From Candidatus Bathyarchaeia archaeon (GTDB lineage: Archaea > Thermoproteota > Bathyarchaeia > Bathyarchaeales > Bathycorpusculaceae): DNA of 64,000 nucleotides. The position numbers and the translations under genes are program-made. The notes below the pieces were generated by a model. It was not told the DNA's origin. It worked only from the letters and a program-made list of their open reading frames with translations, and did no database searches. This document shows, in pieces, positions 39,346 through 48,662 of this stretch (the stretch's first letter is position 1; every line of letters starts with the position of its first letter). The stretch covers positions 59,078 through 123,077 of the forward strand of contig JBEKOM010000004.1 of the NCBI GenBank assembly GCA_049521795.1, in the 5' to 3' direction.

Positions 39346-40707
39346 TTAGCGGAGTTTTTGTTTGCGCCTGGAGGATTTTGTGATGGCAACCGCTGTCAGT
39401 GTGAGGATTAGCAGGATTATTAGTGGAGACTGGTATTCGGGGACTGGTGGGTTAGTGTCACCTGTAACTGTTCCGGAGATTGTTCCCGACTGCTCTGGGG
39501 GGATTTTTGTCAGCGCAAAGTTTGCTTGTGAGACGGTGTTGACTGTTACCGATACGTTTTGGGATGACGGTGTGTAGCCTGGCTTGAAGGCCGTTACGTT
39601 GTAGGTGTCTGTCTGCAGCCCAGTTGAGATCATGTAGTTTCCCGAAGTGTCGGTGTACGTGGATTCGCTGCTGGACGTGTGTTGGCCTTCGGCAGTGACG
39701 AGGGCGCCGGCTATCGGTGTGCTGCCTGTGTCTGTGACTTTGCCGATGATGGTGCCTGAGGTTGTTAAGATGTTCATCACGAAGTTGATGTTGCTGGTTT
39801 CTTGACCTTCGACGACGGGCACGCTTGCGTTTGGCATGGCGAAGCCGCCTGGATAGGTTGCGGTTACAATGTAGGTTCCGTTTGCCAGGCCGTCTGATAT
39901 GGAGTAGTGGCCGGACGCGTCCGTTTTGGCAGTGCCCATCGCCATGGAGGTCGACAATGCTATAACGGTAACGTTCGCGAGAGGGACACTGGACGTGTCG
40001 GTGACTGTCCCGGAGATTGTGCCTGAGTGTTCCAAGGCCATGTCGTGCGCGGTTGTTATCGCTCCCTCAGATACTGAGATTGATCCAAGCGTCTTGCTGA
40101 TGTGCCCTTTGGGGAACAGAACGGTCACGTTGTAGTTTCCTGTTGCCAGGTTGGTCACGATTGTGTAGTTTCCGAGGATGTCTGTTAACCCTGCCCAGCC
40201 GAAGCTGCCAGTGGAGGACAAGACAGTGACGGTGACGTTGTTCAGCCCTATGTGGGTCGAGGCGTCGGTTATTCTTCCCGAGACTCCGCCTGAGACGTTC
40301 ATGTAGGGGTTTTCGATTGTGGTTCCGCCCACCGTGACGGAGACGTTTTCAACCGTGAATTCTAGGTACCCGTTGCTGATAACGGTGAGGGTGTAGTTGC
40401 CGGCTGGCAGGCCGCTTGTGATGCTGTAGTGTCCGTTGAGGTCGGTTGTGGCGGTTCCGAAGCCGATGTTCGAAGTGGCCGTTACCACTGCGTTCTGCAC
40501 TGGCACTCCTGAGCTTGCGTAGACTGTTCCGGAGAAGGTTTCGTTCGGCGGGGCCGAAACGTTGAGCATGAAGAATGGAAGAGCGAGGCTGGTTAGGATG
40601 AGAAGCATGATTGTCTTCATGGCTGAAACTCTTTTCAACTCTAAGCGGGTCGTGTTTTCACCAGAGTCGTACTTAGCGCCTGTAACGATATTAAAGGCTT
40701 GTGGCAC
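39346..40707 (-). CDS. secreted protein with at least four carboxypeptidase-regulatory-like (CarboxypepD_reg) repeats and a C-terminal anchor
   Basis: N-terminal signal/TM segment. Repeats follow the pattern G.V.D..G.P...A.V.......T.TD..G.Y.I..L..G.Y.V. The C terminus is PEYQSP + TM + RRKQKLR. Confidence 0.75.
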   Translation of the reverse strand: MPQAFNIVTGAKYDSGENTTRLELKRVSAMKTIMLLILTSLALPFFMLNVSAPPNETFSGTVYASSGVPVQNAVVTATSNIGFGTATTDLNGHYSITSGLPAGNYTLTVISNGYLEFTVENVSVTVGGTTIENPYMNVSGGVSGRITDASTHIGLNNVTVTVLSSTGSFGWAGLTDILGNYTIVTNLATGNYNVTVLFPKGHISKTLGSISVSEGAITTAHDMALEHSGTISGTVTDTSSVPLANVTVIALSTSMAMGTAKTDASGHYSISDGLANGTYIVTATYPGGFAMPNASVPVVEGQETSNINFVMNILTTSGTIIGKVTDTGSTPIAGALVTAEGQHTSSSESTYTDTSGNYMISTGLQTDTYNVTAFKPGYTPSSQNVSVTVNTVSQANFALTKIPPEQSGTISGTVTGDTNPPVPEYQSPLIILLILTLTAVAITKSSRRKQKLR

Positions 40708-40725
40708 TGGGCGTGCGATGCGAGG

Positions 40726-41766
40726 ATGAGCGTTTGGTCGAGCGCGCCAAGAGGGTCTTTGACGGCGTTCAATAGGCTAACATATACATGGGTCCTGCCT
40801 CTATGTTCAGCGAGGAAGTTGGCAGTGGCGAGCAGGAATGTCTGTGACGTTTGCGGTCGGCGTGAGGCGTTCTTTTTCAGGCCGTACTCCGGCGTTAGCC
40901 TGTGCAAACGATGCTTGACCGAGTCCGTGGAGGAGAAGGTGAGGGCCACCATCGTGAAGTACGGCATGTTTGAGTTTGACGACATCATTGCTGTCGCGGT
41001 TTCAGGCGGGAAGGACAGTGTCGGCCTCATGCACGTGTTGGCGAGGTTGGAGAAGAGGCATCCTAGGGCTCGTCTTGTCGCCGTCACCGTGGACGAGGGG
41101 ATCAGGGGTTACCGGGACGAAGCGTTGAAGATTGCTTCCGAAAACTGTAGGAAGCTGAGTGTGAAGCACATCGTGGTGTCTTTTGAGGAACTGTTCGGCT
41201 ACACGTTGGACGATATGGTCAGGCGCCTTAGGAGGAAGGGCGCTGATGAGGAGACGCCGTGCGCGTGGTGCGGTGTGCTAAGGAGGAGAGCGCTGAACGT
41301 TACGGCGAGGAGGCTTAAAGCAGACAAGCTTGCGACGGCTCACACGCTGGATGATGAGGTGCAGACGATCCTGCTGAACATTCTCCACGGCGATGTCCTG
41401 CGGATCGCGAGGGAGAAGCCGGCCACGGATATGCTTCATCCGAAGCTTGTGCGGAGGATTAAGCCGTTCTGCATGGTTCCTGAGAGGGAGACTTCCTTGT
41501 ACGCATACCTCAGGGGAGTCAGGTTTCAAAGCACGCCGTGTCCGTACGCTTCGGAAGCGTTGAGAAACGACGCGCGCTTGATGCTCAACAGGATGGAAGA
41601 GAAGCACGCCGGGATCAAATTCACCGTCTTCAAGTCGCTTGAGAAGATAAGGCCGGCCCTGGAAGACGTTGCAAGGAAGGAAGGCTTAGGCGTATGCAGC
41701 GAGTGCGGCGAGCCGACGACCGACAAAGTCTGCAGGACATGTCAGATGCTAAAACAGATAGAATGA
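40726..41766 (+). CDS. PP-loop ATPase, tRNA 2-thiolation enzyme (TtuA/NcsA-like)
   Basis: N-terminal CDVCG...CKRC, PP-loop VAVSGGKDS, and C-terminal CSECG...CRTC. The start could be as late as the GTG at 40825. Confidence 0.85.
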   Translation: MSVWSSAPRGSLTAFNRLTYTWVLPLCSARKLAVASRNVCDVCGRREAFFFRPYSGVSLCKRCLTESVEEKVRATIVKYGMFEFDDIIAVAVSGGKDSVGLMHVLARLEKRHPRARLVAVTVDEGIRGYRDEALKIASENCRKLSVKHIVVSFEELFGYTLDDMVRRLRRKGADEETPCAWCGVLRRRALNVTARRLKADKLATAHTLDDEVQTILLNILHGDVLRIAREKPATDMLHPKLVRRIKPFCMVPERETSLYAYLRGVRFQSTPCPYASEALRNDARLMLNRMEEKHAGIKFTVFKSLEKIRPALEDVARKEGLGVCSECGEPTTDKVCRTCQMLKQIE

Positions 41767-42012
41767 CTAGACGTTTGAAGAAGCAGACGCTAAATCCCTG
41801 CATTCCCGTCTTCAAAAGAAAGAAAAACCAGCTGAAATAGAAGATCAGCCTCATAAACACAATTCTATAAGCCAGTGCTAACAACGGAGCTTCCACGTTG
41901 GCCTTGGACGCCGCCTGAGAAAACCTCACCGATCTTCAATTCTTTGACTTAGCAACGATGCGCTGGAGGATGAGTTCGTCTCTCTCAAAAAAAGAGAGAA
42001 AGAAAGGTGCAG

Positions 42013-42387
42013 TTACGGATTCATCGGTTGCATTATGCCCAATTGGTTTCCTTCAGGGTCGACGGCTATTGCGGTCCAGCCCACATGTGGGACTTCTTGT
42101 TTTGGAACGATGATTTTTCCACCGAGCTTCTTGATTTTCTCAATGTATGCGTCAGCGGACTCGACTTGAATGTAGATGACGGGCTTCATCTCCTTTGTCT
42201 CTTTCGTTTTCTTATACATGCCTCCGTTGATTCCTGGTCGCAACGGTCGCATCTGCTCGTCCATTGGTACGGTTCCGAGAAGCCAGTATTCCATGCCGCT
42301 GCTCATATCTTCGCTGCCTTTCTCTATTTTCCATCCGAAGACTCCTGAATAGAACTTCTTCATTTTCTCAGTGTCGTTTACGGGAAT
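42013..42387 (-). CDS. VOC/glyoxalase-family protein
   Basis: IVHFEIPVNDTEKMKKFYSGVFGW ... DPEGN. The start is taken at MDHTIV. Confidence 0.8.
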   Translation of the reverse strand: MPVNDTEKMKKFYSGVFGWKIEKGSEDMSSGMEYWLLGTVPMDEQMRPLRPGINGGMYKKTKETKEMKPVIYIQVESADAYIEKIKKLGGKIIVPKQEVPHVGWTAIAVDPEGNQLGIMQPMNP

Positions 42388-42554
42388 TTCGAAATGAACG
42401 ATTGTGTGGTCCATTCTTTTACCCTCAATTTTGAGAGAATGTCGCAGAGCGAGAATAATAAGCGTTGCTGCACAACCCCAGTAACAGCGCATGCTGAGCG
42501 TCCGCGCAGTGGCTAAAGGTTTATAGGTTCTTTGTAACTCTGCTTGACGCGAAT

Positions 42555-43466
42555 ATGACCGTCAAGATTTCAAGCTTCGACCGGAAGCATTTGCGGTTCT
42601 TGCCAGAGCTGATGAACGAGGAGTACGGAGGTTCTGCGGAGTTTATCCCTTTTGACGAGGAGAGGTTTCTCTCGGAGATTCAGAGGCGCCGTATCACAGT
42701 TCTAGTAGCCGAAGACGATGGACGCGTGGTTGGCTTCATCGGAACTCATTCAGATGACGGGGGAGAGGACATTCACTGGCTCGCCACAGGCAAAGGGCCG
42801 GAAGGCAAGGTCCTTAGGGACATGCTTGTGAAAGAGGTTGAGAGGAACGCGAAGGGCGACTCGCTAATGAGGATGATTGATGAAGGCAGCCCGGAAATTA
42901 AGGAGTGGGAGAGTCGAGGCTACGTCCTAGAACCGGGGTTTCAGCGCATGACCTCGGAGCTTCGCGGTCTGACGCGCGTTCCCGAAGTTGATGAGGAAAT
43001 AAGGCTTAGAACCTTGAGGCCCGGCGAGGAAGCCAAGTTCGTGGAGACTGTCAACGCGGGGTTCGGATGGGAGAGGCTCGAACTGGGAGACCTTGAAAGG
43101 TGGAAGGCTGAGGACCCACCGTTTGACGAGGGATGGGTTCAGGTTGCCGAAGCCGCGGGAAAAATCGTCTCAGTCGTCGTGGGGAAACCGGACACAGACT
43201 ACAACAAGTACCTGCACTGCAGGATGGGGTACATGGGACCCGCAACCACTCTTCCAGAGTTCAGGAACAAGCATCTTGCATCGGCGCTCACGGCTAGAGC
43301 TATGAATCTTCTGTTTGAGAAAGGAATGAACACCGTCCGGCTTGGAACCTCAGAAAAAAACGTGTCTTCCATTGCTCTGCTGCGAAGTCTAGGCTTTCAC
43401 GTCGAAAACGTCAGAAAAATCCTGCGCAAAAAACTGAAGGACAACTCGCCACGACAAGAAATGTGA
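42555..43466 (+). CDS. GNAT-family acetyltransferase (two GNAT-like halves)
   Basis: 303 aa. The C-terminal half has the PEFRNKHLASAL...A acetyl-CoA motif. Confidence 0.75.
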   Translation: MTVKISSFDRKHLRFLPELMNEEYGGSAEFIPFDEERFLSEIQRRRITVLVAEDDGRVVGFIGTHSDDGGEDIHWLATGKGPEGKVLRDMLVKEVERNAKGDSLMRMIDEGSPEIKEWESRGYVLEPGFQRMTSELRGLTRVPEVDEEIRLRTLRPGEEAKFVETVNAGFGWERLELGDLERWKAEDPPFDEGWVQVAEAAGKIVSVVVGKPDTDYNKYLHCRMGYMGPATTLPEFRNKHLASALTARAMNLLFEKGMNTVRLGTSEKNVSSIALLRSLGFHVENVRKILRKKLKDNSPRQEM

Positions 43467-43651
43467 CTTCCAACACGATATCGAGAAAGGAGCGCTATCA
43501 GGCTAGCTCGCGCTGTAGGATGCGTGAATCGACTTTTCAACGTGGCAAGGTGTTTTTTGCGTAGGGGTTGACTATCTTCGCCTGTTTCCACGATGCCTCG
43601 TTAAGAAAAACTGATATACCCAGAGAGCCAAATCACGAAGAGCGATAACTT

Positions 43652-44440
43652 ATGAGAAACTCGAAAGGGAACAGTCTAAGAACTGGTCTGTTGGCAATTC
43701 TTCTGGTAACAGTGTTTGCTCCAGCACTGGTTCATGCTAAAGATTACAAAGTCGGCGTCAAAGCTGGAGACTGGGTTAAATATGGCCAAATCACAATCAC
43801 CTGGGCTGGAAACGGAACTGAGCCTTCATACATCACTGACGAAAAGAAAATGGACTGGGCGCGAATAGACGTCTTAAGCGTTGGAGGCACGGCAGTCAGC
43901 CTGAACTTGACTACTCACTTCAACAACGGTACGCAAACGTTCCAAAGCTCCGACGTAGACGTCCAAAGCGGCGGCGGGATGGGAATGACGACCCTCGTTG
44001 CATCCAACCTGACAATGGGAGACGCGCTTAGCCCACAGATACCCGGAACCACGATAAATCAAACCTTGACAAGAATGTATGCAGGAGCAAACAGAAAAGT
44101 CAACATGCTAGACTCCAAAAATAACTATCCAGGCTACCCAAGCGAAGAAAGAATCTACTGGGACCAAGACACCGGCATAATGGTTGAGCTGTACATCAAC
44201 CAATCAGATTTTAGCAATCCTGGCGCATTCGTAGAACAGTCGATCATAGCAACCGAAACGAACCTATGGTCAGCAAATGCACTCGACCTCATACAGGACA
44301 ATCTAGTCTACATTATCGCAGGCATAGCCGTCATAATAGTCATCGTGGCAGCAACCATCGCTATCCGAAGAAGAAAACCCCCATCTTCCCAACAAGTTCT
44401 ACCTCCACCTCCTTCCGCGCCTCCGCCAACGCCGCCATAA
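43652..44440 (+). CDS. secreted protein with a C-terminal TM anchor and proline-rich tail
   Basis: Signal-like N terminus, several N-x-T sites, and a C-terminal TM followed by RRRKPPSS...PPPPSAPPPTPP. Confidence 0.55.
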   Translation: MRNSKGNSLRTGLLAILLVTVFAPALVHAKDYKVGVKAGDWVKYGQITITWAGNGTEPSYITDEKKMDWARIDVLSVGGTAVSLNLTTHFNNGTQTFQSSDVDVQSGGGMGMTTLVASNLTMGDALSPQIPGTTINQTLTRMYAGANRKVNMLDSKNNYPGYPSEERIYWDQDTGIMVELYINQSDFSNPGAFVEQSIIATETNLWSANALDLIQDNLVYIIAGIAVIIVIVAATIAIRRRKPPSSQQVLPPPPSAPPPTPP

Positions 44441-44499
44441 AACGGCAGACTGTCGCACGCCACGATATCCCACCTTTCCTTTTGACTCTGCAGCGTGCG

Positions 44500-45252
44500 C
44501 TACATGTTCAACACTCTGGTCAGTATGAAAGTCAAGATAAATATCAGTACGAATCCAGCTGTGCACGTGATCACTGTGAGTGTTGGAGGATTCTCTTCAT
44601 GGGCTTGTGGTAAGAGGTCACTTGCCCCTAGATACAGAAAGCCTCCTGCAAAGAAGGGCAAAAGTACCACTATGTAATTCGGTGGTAGTTGAAGGAAAAG
44701 TGTGACAACTGCTCCTAAGACTGGAGCAATGGCGTCCAAGAACAGCATTCTTAGAGAATTCCTCAGCGAGTTGCCGGAATTGAGCATTACGGTAACCGTG
44801 CTGAGTCCATCAGTGAAGTCGTGACATATGACGGCAAACGCGATTATTATCCCAACATGAATGTCTGCTTCTAGACCAAAACCGATTGCTAAGCCGTCTA
44901 TGAAACTGTGAACCGAAAGTTCTGACGTTGCAAAAACTCCGCCGATAGGATGCTTGACCTCAACGTATTCACCGTCCTTGCTGAAAACATGCTCACTTAT
45001 CAATCTGGAGATGATGTAGAGGAAAAGGAATCCGACAACTGTCAATGCCATGACGTCTTCAAGGAGCACGTTAGCGGATTGAGCAAGTTTGAAAGTCTGT
45101 GGCAGTATGTCGAGCAAGGAAGTAGTAATCAACACACCTGCTGCAAAAGCCCCAAGAATTCCGATCTTTTTCCTGTATCTTGCTGCAAAGACACCTCCAA
45201 ACACAGTTGAGAAACAAGTAATAACAGCCAGAATAACCGCGTCAAAGTTCAT
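44500..45252 (-). CDS. ZIP-family metal transporter
   Basis: HSFIDGLAIG and HDFTDGL motifs, with about 8 TM helices. Confidence 0.85.
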   Translation of the reverse strand: MNFDAVILAVITCFSTVFGGVFAARYRKKIGILGAFAAGVLITTSLLDILPQTFKLAQSANVLLEDVMALTVVGFLFLYIISRLISEHVFSKDGEYVEVKHPIGGVFATSELSVHSFIDGLAIGFGLEADIHVGIIIAFAVICHDFTDGLSTVTVMLNSGNSLRNSLRMLFLDAIAPVLGAVVTLFLQLPPNYIVVLLPFFAGGFLYLGASDLLPQAHEENPPTLTVITCTAGFVLIFILTFILTRVLNM

Positions 45253-45408
45253 ACGAACACTAGGTTTTGGACCAAGCTACTTAACATTTTTCGTTACTGT
45301 CGAAATTTGGACGCGCTGTCATGGCGTTCTTGACTCGACATCCTTGATGTCTCCGGCATACTGGAAGATTGAGACCCAGCTCCGCGTGGGTTTTGCGGGT
45401 CTGTCGGC

Positions 45409-45642
45409 TTATCTGGTTGCGGCTTCGCTCTTCATTTTTCGCAGGATCGCTGATGCTTCGCTTGCGGTGTTCGCTGAAGCGAGTTTTCTGGCCTTCTGCA
45501 CGACGACTGTGTGGCCGCAGTAGGGGCAGGTTCTGGTTTTTGTTTCATTCTTCGCGAGCAGAAGACCGCCGCATCTGGGGCAGACGACTATGAGGGTTGA
45601 TGGCATGTGTTTCACTGATCGAAAGCCTTTTCCACGTCGCAC
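45409..45642 (-). CDS. small zinc-ribbon protein (DUF1922-like)
   Basis: CPRCGG...CPYCGH followed by a helical tail. A Met at 45606 is the likelier start. Confidence 0.6.
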   Translation of the reverse strand: MRRGKGFRSVKHMPSTLIVVCPRCGGLLLAKNETKTRTCPYCGHTVVVQKARKLASANTASEASAILRKMKSEAATR

Positions 45643-45676
45643 TAGATAACGCTATGCGCAAGAGGGGGAACAGCGG

Positions 45677-46051
45677 GTGAGCGGTGAAGCAGAGAGCAGG
45701 CCGAAGATGGATCCGAACCTGCTTCAGCAGGTGATTCGCTATTTTAAGAAGGATGGTTACAAGATTGAGCAGGACGAGACCTCGCTTGAGGGGTTCAGCG
45801 GGATCGCGCAGAAGTTTGATCTCATAGTTCAGAAGGGCCAGGTGGCGCAAGGCGTCTGGATAAGGGACTGGAACAGAACTATAGGCGTTAACGTCATAAT
45901 TAACATTGACAAGGCCTCTTCAGACGTGGGACTTTCGAGCCCTATTATCATAGGTGGAAAGTTCAGCGGTCACGCGAAGTCTTACGCGAACAGAAGAAAG
46001 ATCACGCTGTTGACGAAGCAGCAGATCACGCTGAGGCACATGGTCAACTGA
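45677..46051 (+). CDS. hypothetical protein
   Basis: 124-aa ORF. It weakly resembles restriction-endonuclease-like folds, but I could not place catalytic residues. Confidence 0.4.
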   Translation: MSGEAESRPKMDPNLLQQVIRYFKKDGYKIEQDETSLEGFSGIAQKFDLIVQKGQVAQGVWIRDWNRTIGVNVIINIDKASSDVGLSSPIIIGGKFSGHAKSYANRRKITLLTKQQITLRHMVN

Positions 46052-46634
46052 GCTTCACGTATTCATCCAGCAAGCCTTCGTTCTCAAGCTTGCCCAGCCA
46101 GTCGACCACGCCTACACGGCATTTGCTGGGATGGCGGAGCAGGAACAGAATCTGCTCAACTGTCTCTTCTACGCTTTGGCCCGTGACGTTTAGTTCGCAT
46201 ACTCTTCTCTTAGCAACTGCTTTCAGAGCGTCGAACAAGCAAACGTCCAACGCTTCGGAGGCCAGGTTCTCGAAGAGCTTTGGACCCTGGAATCCGCAGT
46301 GTTCCATCAGTCCTCGCAGTTCCACTGGGTCGCGCCTCAAAACGAACACGCGCGTCACGAGCTCCTTGGGAACGACGTTGACGGCGTAGTGTCCGTCGAT
46401 GACGATTTGTTTCTTATCTGTTTTCTGAATGATGCTGCGGATCTTCTTTTTCATTCGCGGTTCGTCAATGATGATGGTGTTTCGCGTCTCGTCTTTTCCT
46501 GAGACAAGTTTGTCCAGCACGGCCAGTTCTGTCAGGTTGACGTATAAAGCGTTGAGCTTAACCGTGAGCAGCCGCGCTGCAGAGGTTTTGCCGACGCAGG
46601 GAGTTCCGGTTAGCAACGTAACACGCTTAGGCAT
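46044..46634 (-). CDS. P-loop kinase, adenylate kinase 6/Fap7-like
   Basis: MPKRVTLLTGTPCVGKTS is the Walker A motif, in about 197 aa. The track ORF extends to 46730. Confidence 0.6.
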   Translation of the reverse strand: MPKRVTLLTGTPCVGKTSAARLLTVKLNALYVNLTELAVLDKLVSGKDETRNTIIIDEPRMKKKIRSIIQKTDKKQIVIDGHYAVNVVPKELVTRVFVLRRDPVELRGLMEHCGFQGPKLFENLASEALDVCLFDALKAVAKRRVCELNVTGQSVEETVEQILFLLRHPSKCRVGVVDWLGKLENEGLLDEYVKLS

Positions 46635-46735
46635 CGTCGATCGGTTCCTTCGCAGACTAGGTTGCACACATGGAAAGATAAGATGTTTCCCGTCAACTCT
46701 GACCGGTATTGAAGCATCCGAAGCATGCAAATGCT

Positions 46736-48094
46736 TTAGGGCGGTTTGATTCCAGGATCTGGAGGCGGCGGAACCTGTTGAATCGGCGGCGTGCTGGGTT
46801 TCGGACGCCTTCTGCGGGCTATGAAAACCGCTACTATCGCTATGATCACTATGATCGCGACTATTACTATGGCCAGATACAGTGTGGGGAATGATGATGG
46901 TGACTGCGGCATGACGCTGTTTCCAGCCGAGTCGGTTTTAACCAGGAAGCCATCGTAGATACCGGCGCCGTAAGAATCCGTGAAACCGGCTAACGCGTAG
47001 CCTCCGTCGCTGGTCTGAACAAGTGAGAACGCCTCGTCGTCTCCTCCTCCGCCGTACGTTTTGCTCCACTGCATCGTTCCAGAAGAGTAGGTTTTGACAA
47101 GCCAGAAATCGTAGTTGCCCGCTCCGTAGGAACCTGTCCAGCCGGCTAACGCGTAGCCTCCGTCGCTGGTCTGAACTATGGCGTTTGCCACTTCATCGCC
47201 TGCTCCTCCGTAGGTCTTGTTCCACAGTTGCGCTCCGCTGAGGTCTGTTTTGACAAGCCAAAGGTCGAGGCCGCCTGCGCCGGTAGAGTTCGTGTACCCA
47301 GCTACGGCGTAGCCGTCGCCGGTCTGAATCACACACTCTGCTTCATCGTCCCCTGAGCCGCCGTAGGTCCGGTTCCAAAGCATGTTTCCTAAGGAGTCGG
47401 TTTTAACCAACCAGAAATCGAGGCTGCCCGCGCCGAAAGAGGTCGCGGATCCCGCCCACACGTAGCCTCCGTCGCTGGTCTGAATAACAGAGTAAGCCTG
47501 TTCGTCTCCGGTCCCACCGTACGTCTGGTTCCACTCCATGCTTCCCGAAGAGTTTGTCTTAACCAGCCAAAAGTCGTAACCGCCCGCGCCGTAGGAATCT
47601 GTGGACCCCGCCAACGCGTAGCCTCCGTCGACGGTCTGGATCAAGGAGTATGCAGCGTTTTGTGCTCTTCCTCCGAATGTTTGGCTCCACAGCATGTTTC
47701 CAGAAGAGTCTGTTTTGACCAGCCATGCGTTGGTTTCGCCTGCACCGTAGGAAGTTGTGGTTCCGGCTAATGCGAATCCCGTGTCGTTGGTCTGGATAAC
47801 TGAAAAGGCTCCATCGTCACCTGATCCCCCGTAGGTTTGGTTCCACAGCATCGTTCCAGAAGAGTTTGTCTTAACCAGCCAAAAATCGTAGCCGCCCGCG
47901 CCGCTGGAGTTTGTGTATCCCACTAACGCGTAGCCTCCATCGCTCGTCTGAGCAAGTGAATAGAATTCGTTGTCCCCTTTGCCTCCGTAGGCTTGACTCC
48001 ACCCTGACGCGGCGAAGCCTGACCGAACGCACAAGGCAAAAGTGAACATGCTGATGACAAGAAGACACAGCAGTATTCGGTTCCAGCGTTCCAT
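46736..48094 (-). CDS. secreted seven-repeat (propeller-like) protein with a C-terminal TM anchor and proline-rich tail
   Basis: Signal peptide, then seven units of about 48-52 aa (W.[QK]TYGG.GDD.A.S..QTSDGGYALAG.T.S.GAG..D.WLVKTD..G). The C terminus is SSFPT + TM + RRRRPKPSTPP...PPPP. Confidence 0.75.
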   Translation of the reverse strand: MERWNRILLCLLVISMFTFALCVRSGFAASGWSQAYGGKGDNEFYSLAQTSDGGYALVGYTNSSGAGGYDFWLVKTNSSGTMLWNQTYGGSGDDGAFSVIQTNDTGFALAGTTTSYGAGETNAWLVKTDSSGNMLWSQTFGGRAQNAAYSLIQTVDGGYALAGSTDSYGAGGYDFWLVKTNSSGSMEWNQTYGGTGDEQAYSVIQTSDGGYVWAGSATSFGAGSLDFWLVKTDSLGNMLWNRTYGGSGDDEAECVIQTGDGYAVAGYTNSTGAGGLDLWLVKTDLSGAQLWNKTYGGAGDEVANAIVQTSDGGYALAGWTGSYGAGNYDFWLVKTYSSGTMQWSKTYGGGGDDEAFSLVQTSDGGYALAGFTDSYGAGIYDGFLVKTDSAGNSVMPQSPSSFPTLYLAIVIVAIIVIIAIVAVFIARRRRPKPSTPPIQQVPPPPDPGIKPP

Positions 48095-48308
48095 GAACAG
48101 TCACACTCGACCATCCACGGTTGCTTTCTGATTCTTAAATAAGTTGCGGACACCGCTATCGATCCCAGTTGGACAGTGATAGCTTTGACTGTTCAAGGCG
48201 ACGCCGTCCTCCTCTTCTTGAGGATAATGAGCTTTGGACGCGCAATTCCAAGTGAGGGCGATAAGGTTTCCATAATTCTTATTTGCGTACAAGCGCACAG
48301 AGTACATT

Positions 48309-48627
48309 GGGCTGGCGAGTCGGTGTGTGGCTTTCGAGCCTCGACGAGAGAGGCTTGAGGAAACTCCGCCCACAAGTAGAGTTGCAGCGTCCGCAAGGAC
48401 GCAAGGTGAGAACCTTGGCTCCAGAGCAGAAACGAAACGTCCGCTCAGCAAGTGACGGTGATGCATGTTAAGTTGTTGAGGATGCTGAGTGCGAAGCGAT
48501 GAAACGGCTGACCTGCAAGTGGAAAGGGCAAGCAGACGCTGATGAAGAGTCTACCGGAAGCGCGGGTAGCCCGATTAGCCGAATGCCACAAAGAACAAAA
48601 GGCGGGTTACGACCAACACGCCAGCTC
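48309..48627 (+). ncRNA. rnpB: RNase P RNA (archaeal type A-like)
   Basis: P1 is GCTGGCG (48311-48317) paired with CGCCAGC (48619-48625). P3 hairpin is GGCTTTCGAGCC. CR-I is GAGGAAACTCCGCCC. CR-IV/V is CCACAAAGAACAAAAGGCGGGTTAC, and P4 pairs CCGCC with GGCGG. Length is about 319 nt, with an A/T-rich box 25-35 bp upstream. Confidence 0.8.
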
Positions 48628-48662
48628 TACAAGCAACCCGCCACCCCGACAACGTAACTGAC

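Noticed and set aside
39346-48094. Periodic repeats that might be mistaken for CRISPR or tandem non-coding repeats
   Set aside because: All periodicity lies in frame within the surface-protein genes, as domain repeats. No repeat-spacer architecture was seen anywhere in the window.
48622-48631. 10-bp match CAGCTCTACA between the rnpB 3' flank and 51716-51725, as a candidate att duplication
   Set aside because: It is too short to be significant given the search space, and the flanks do not align.
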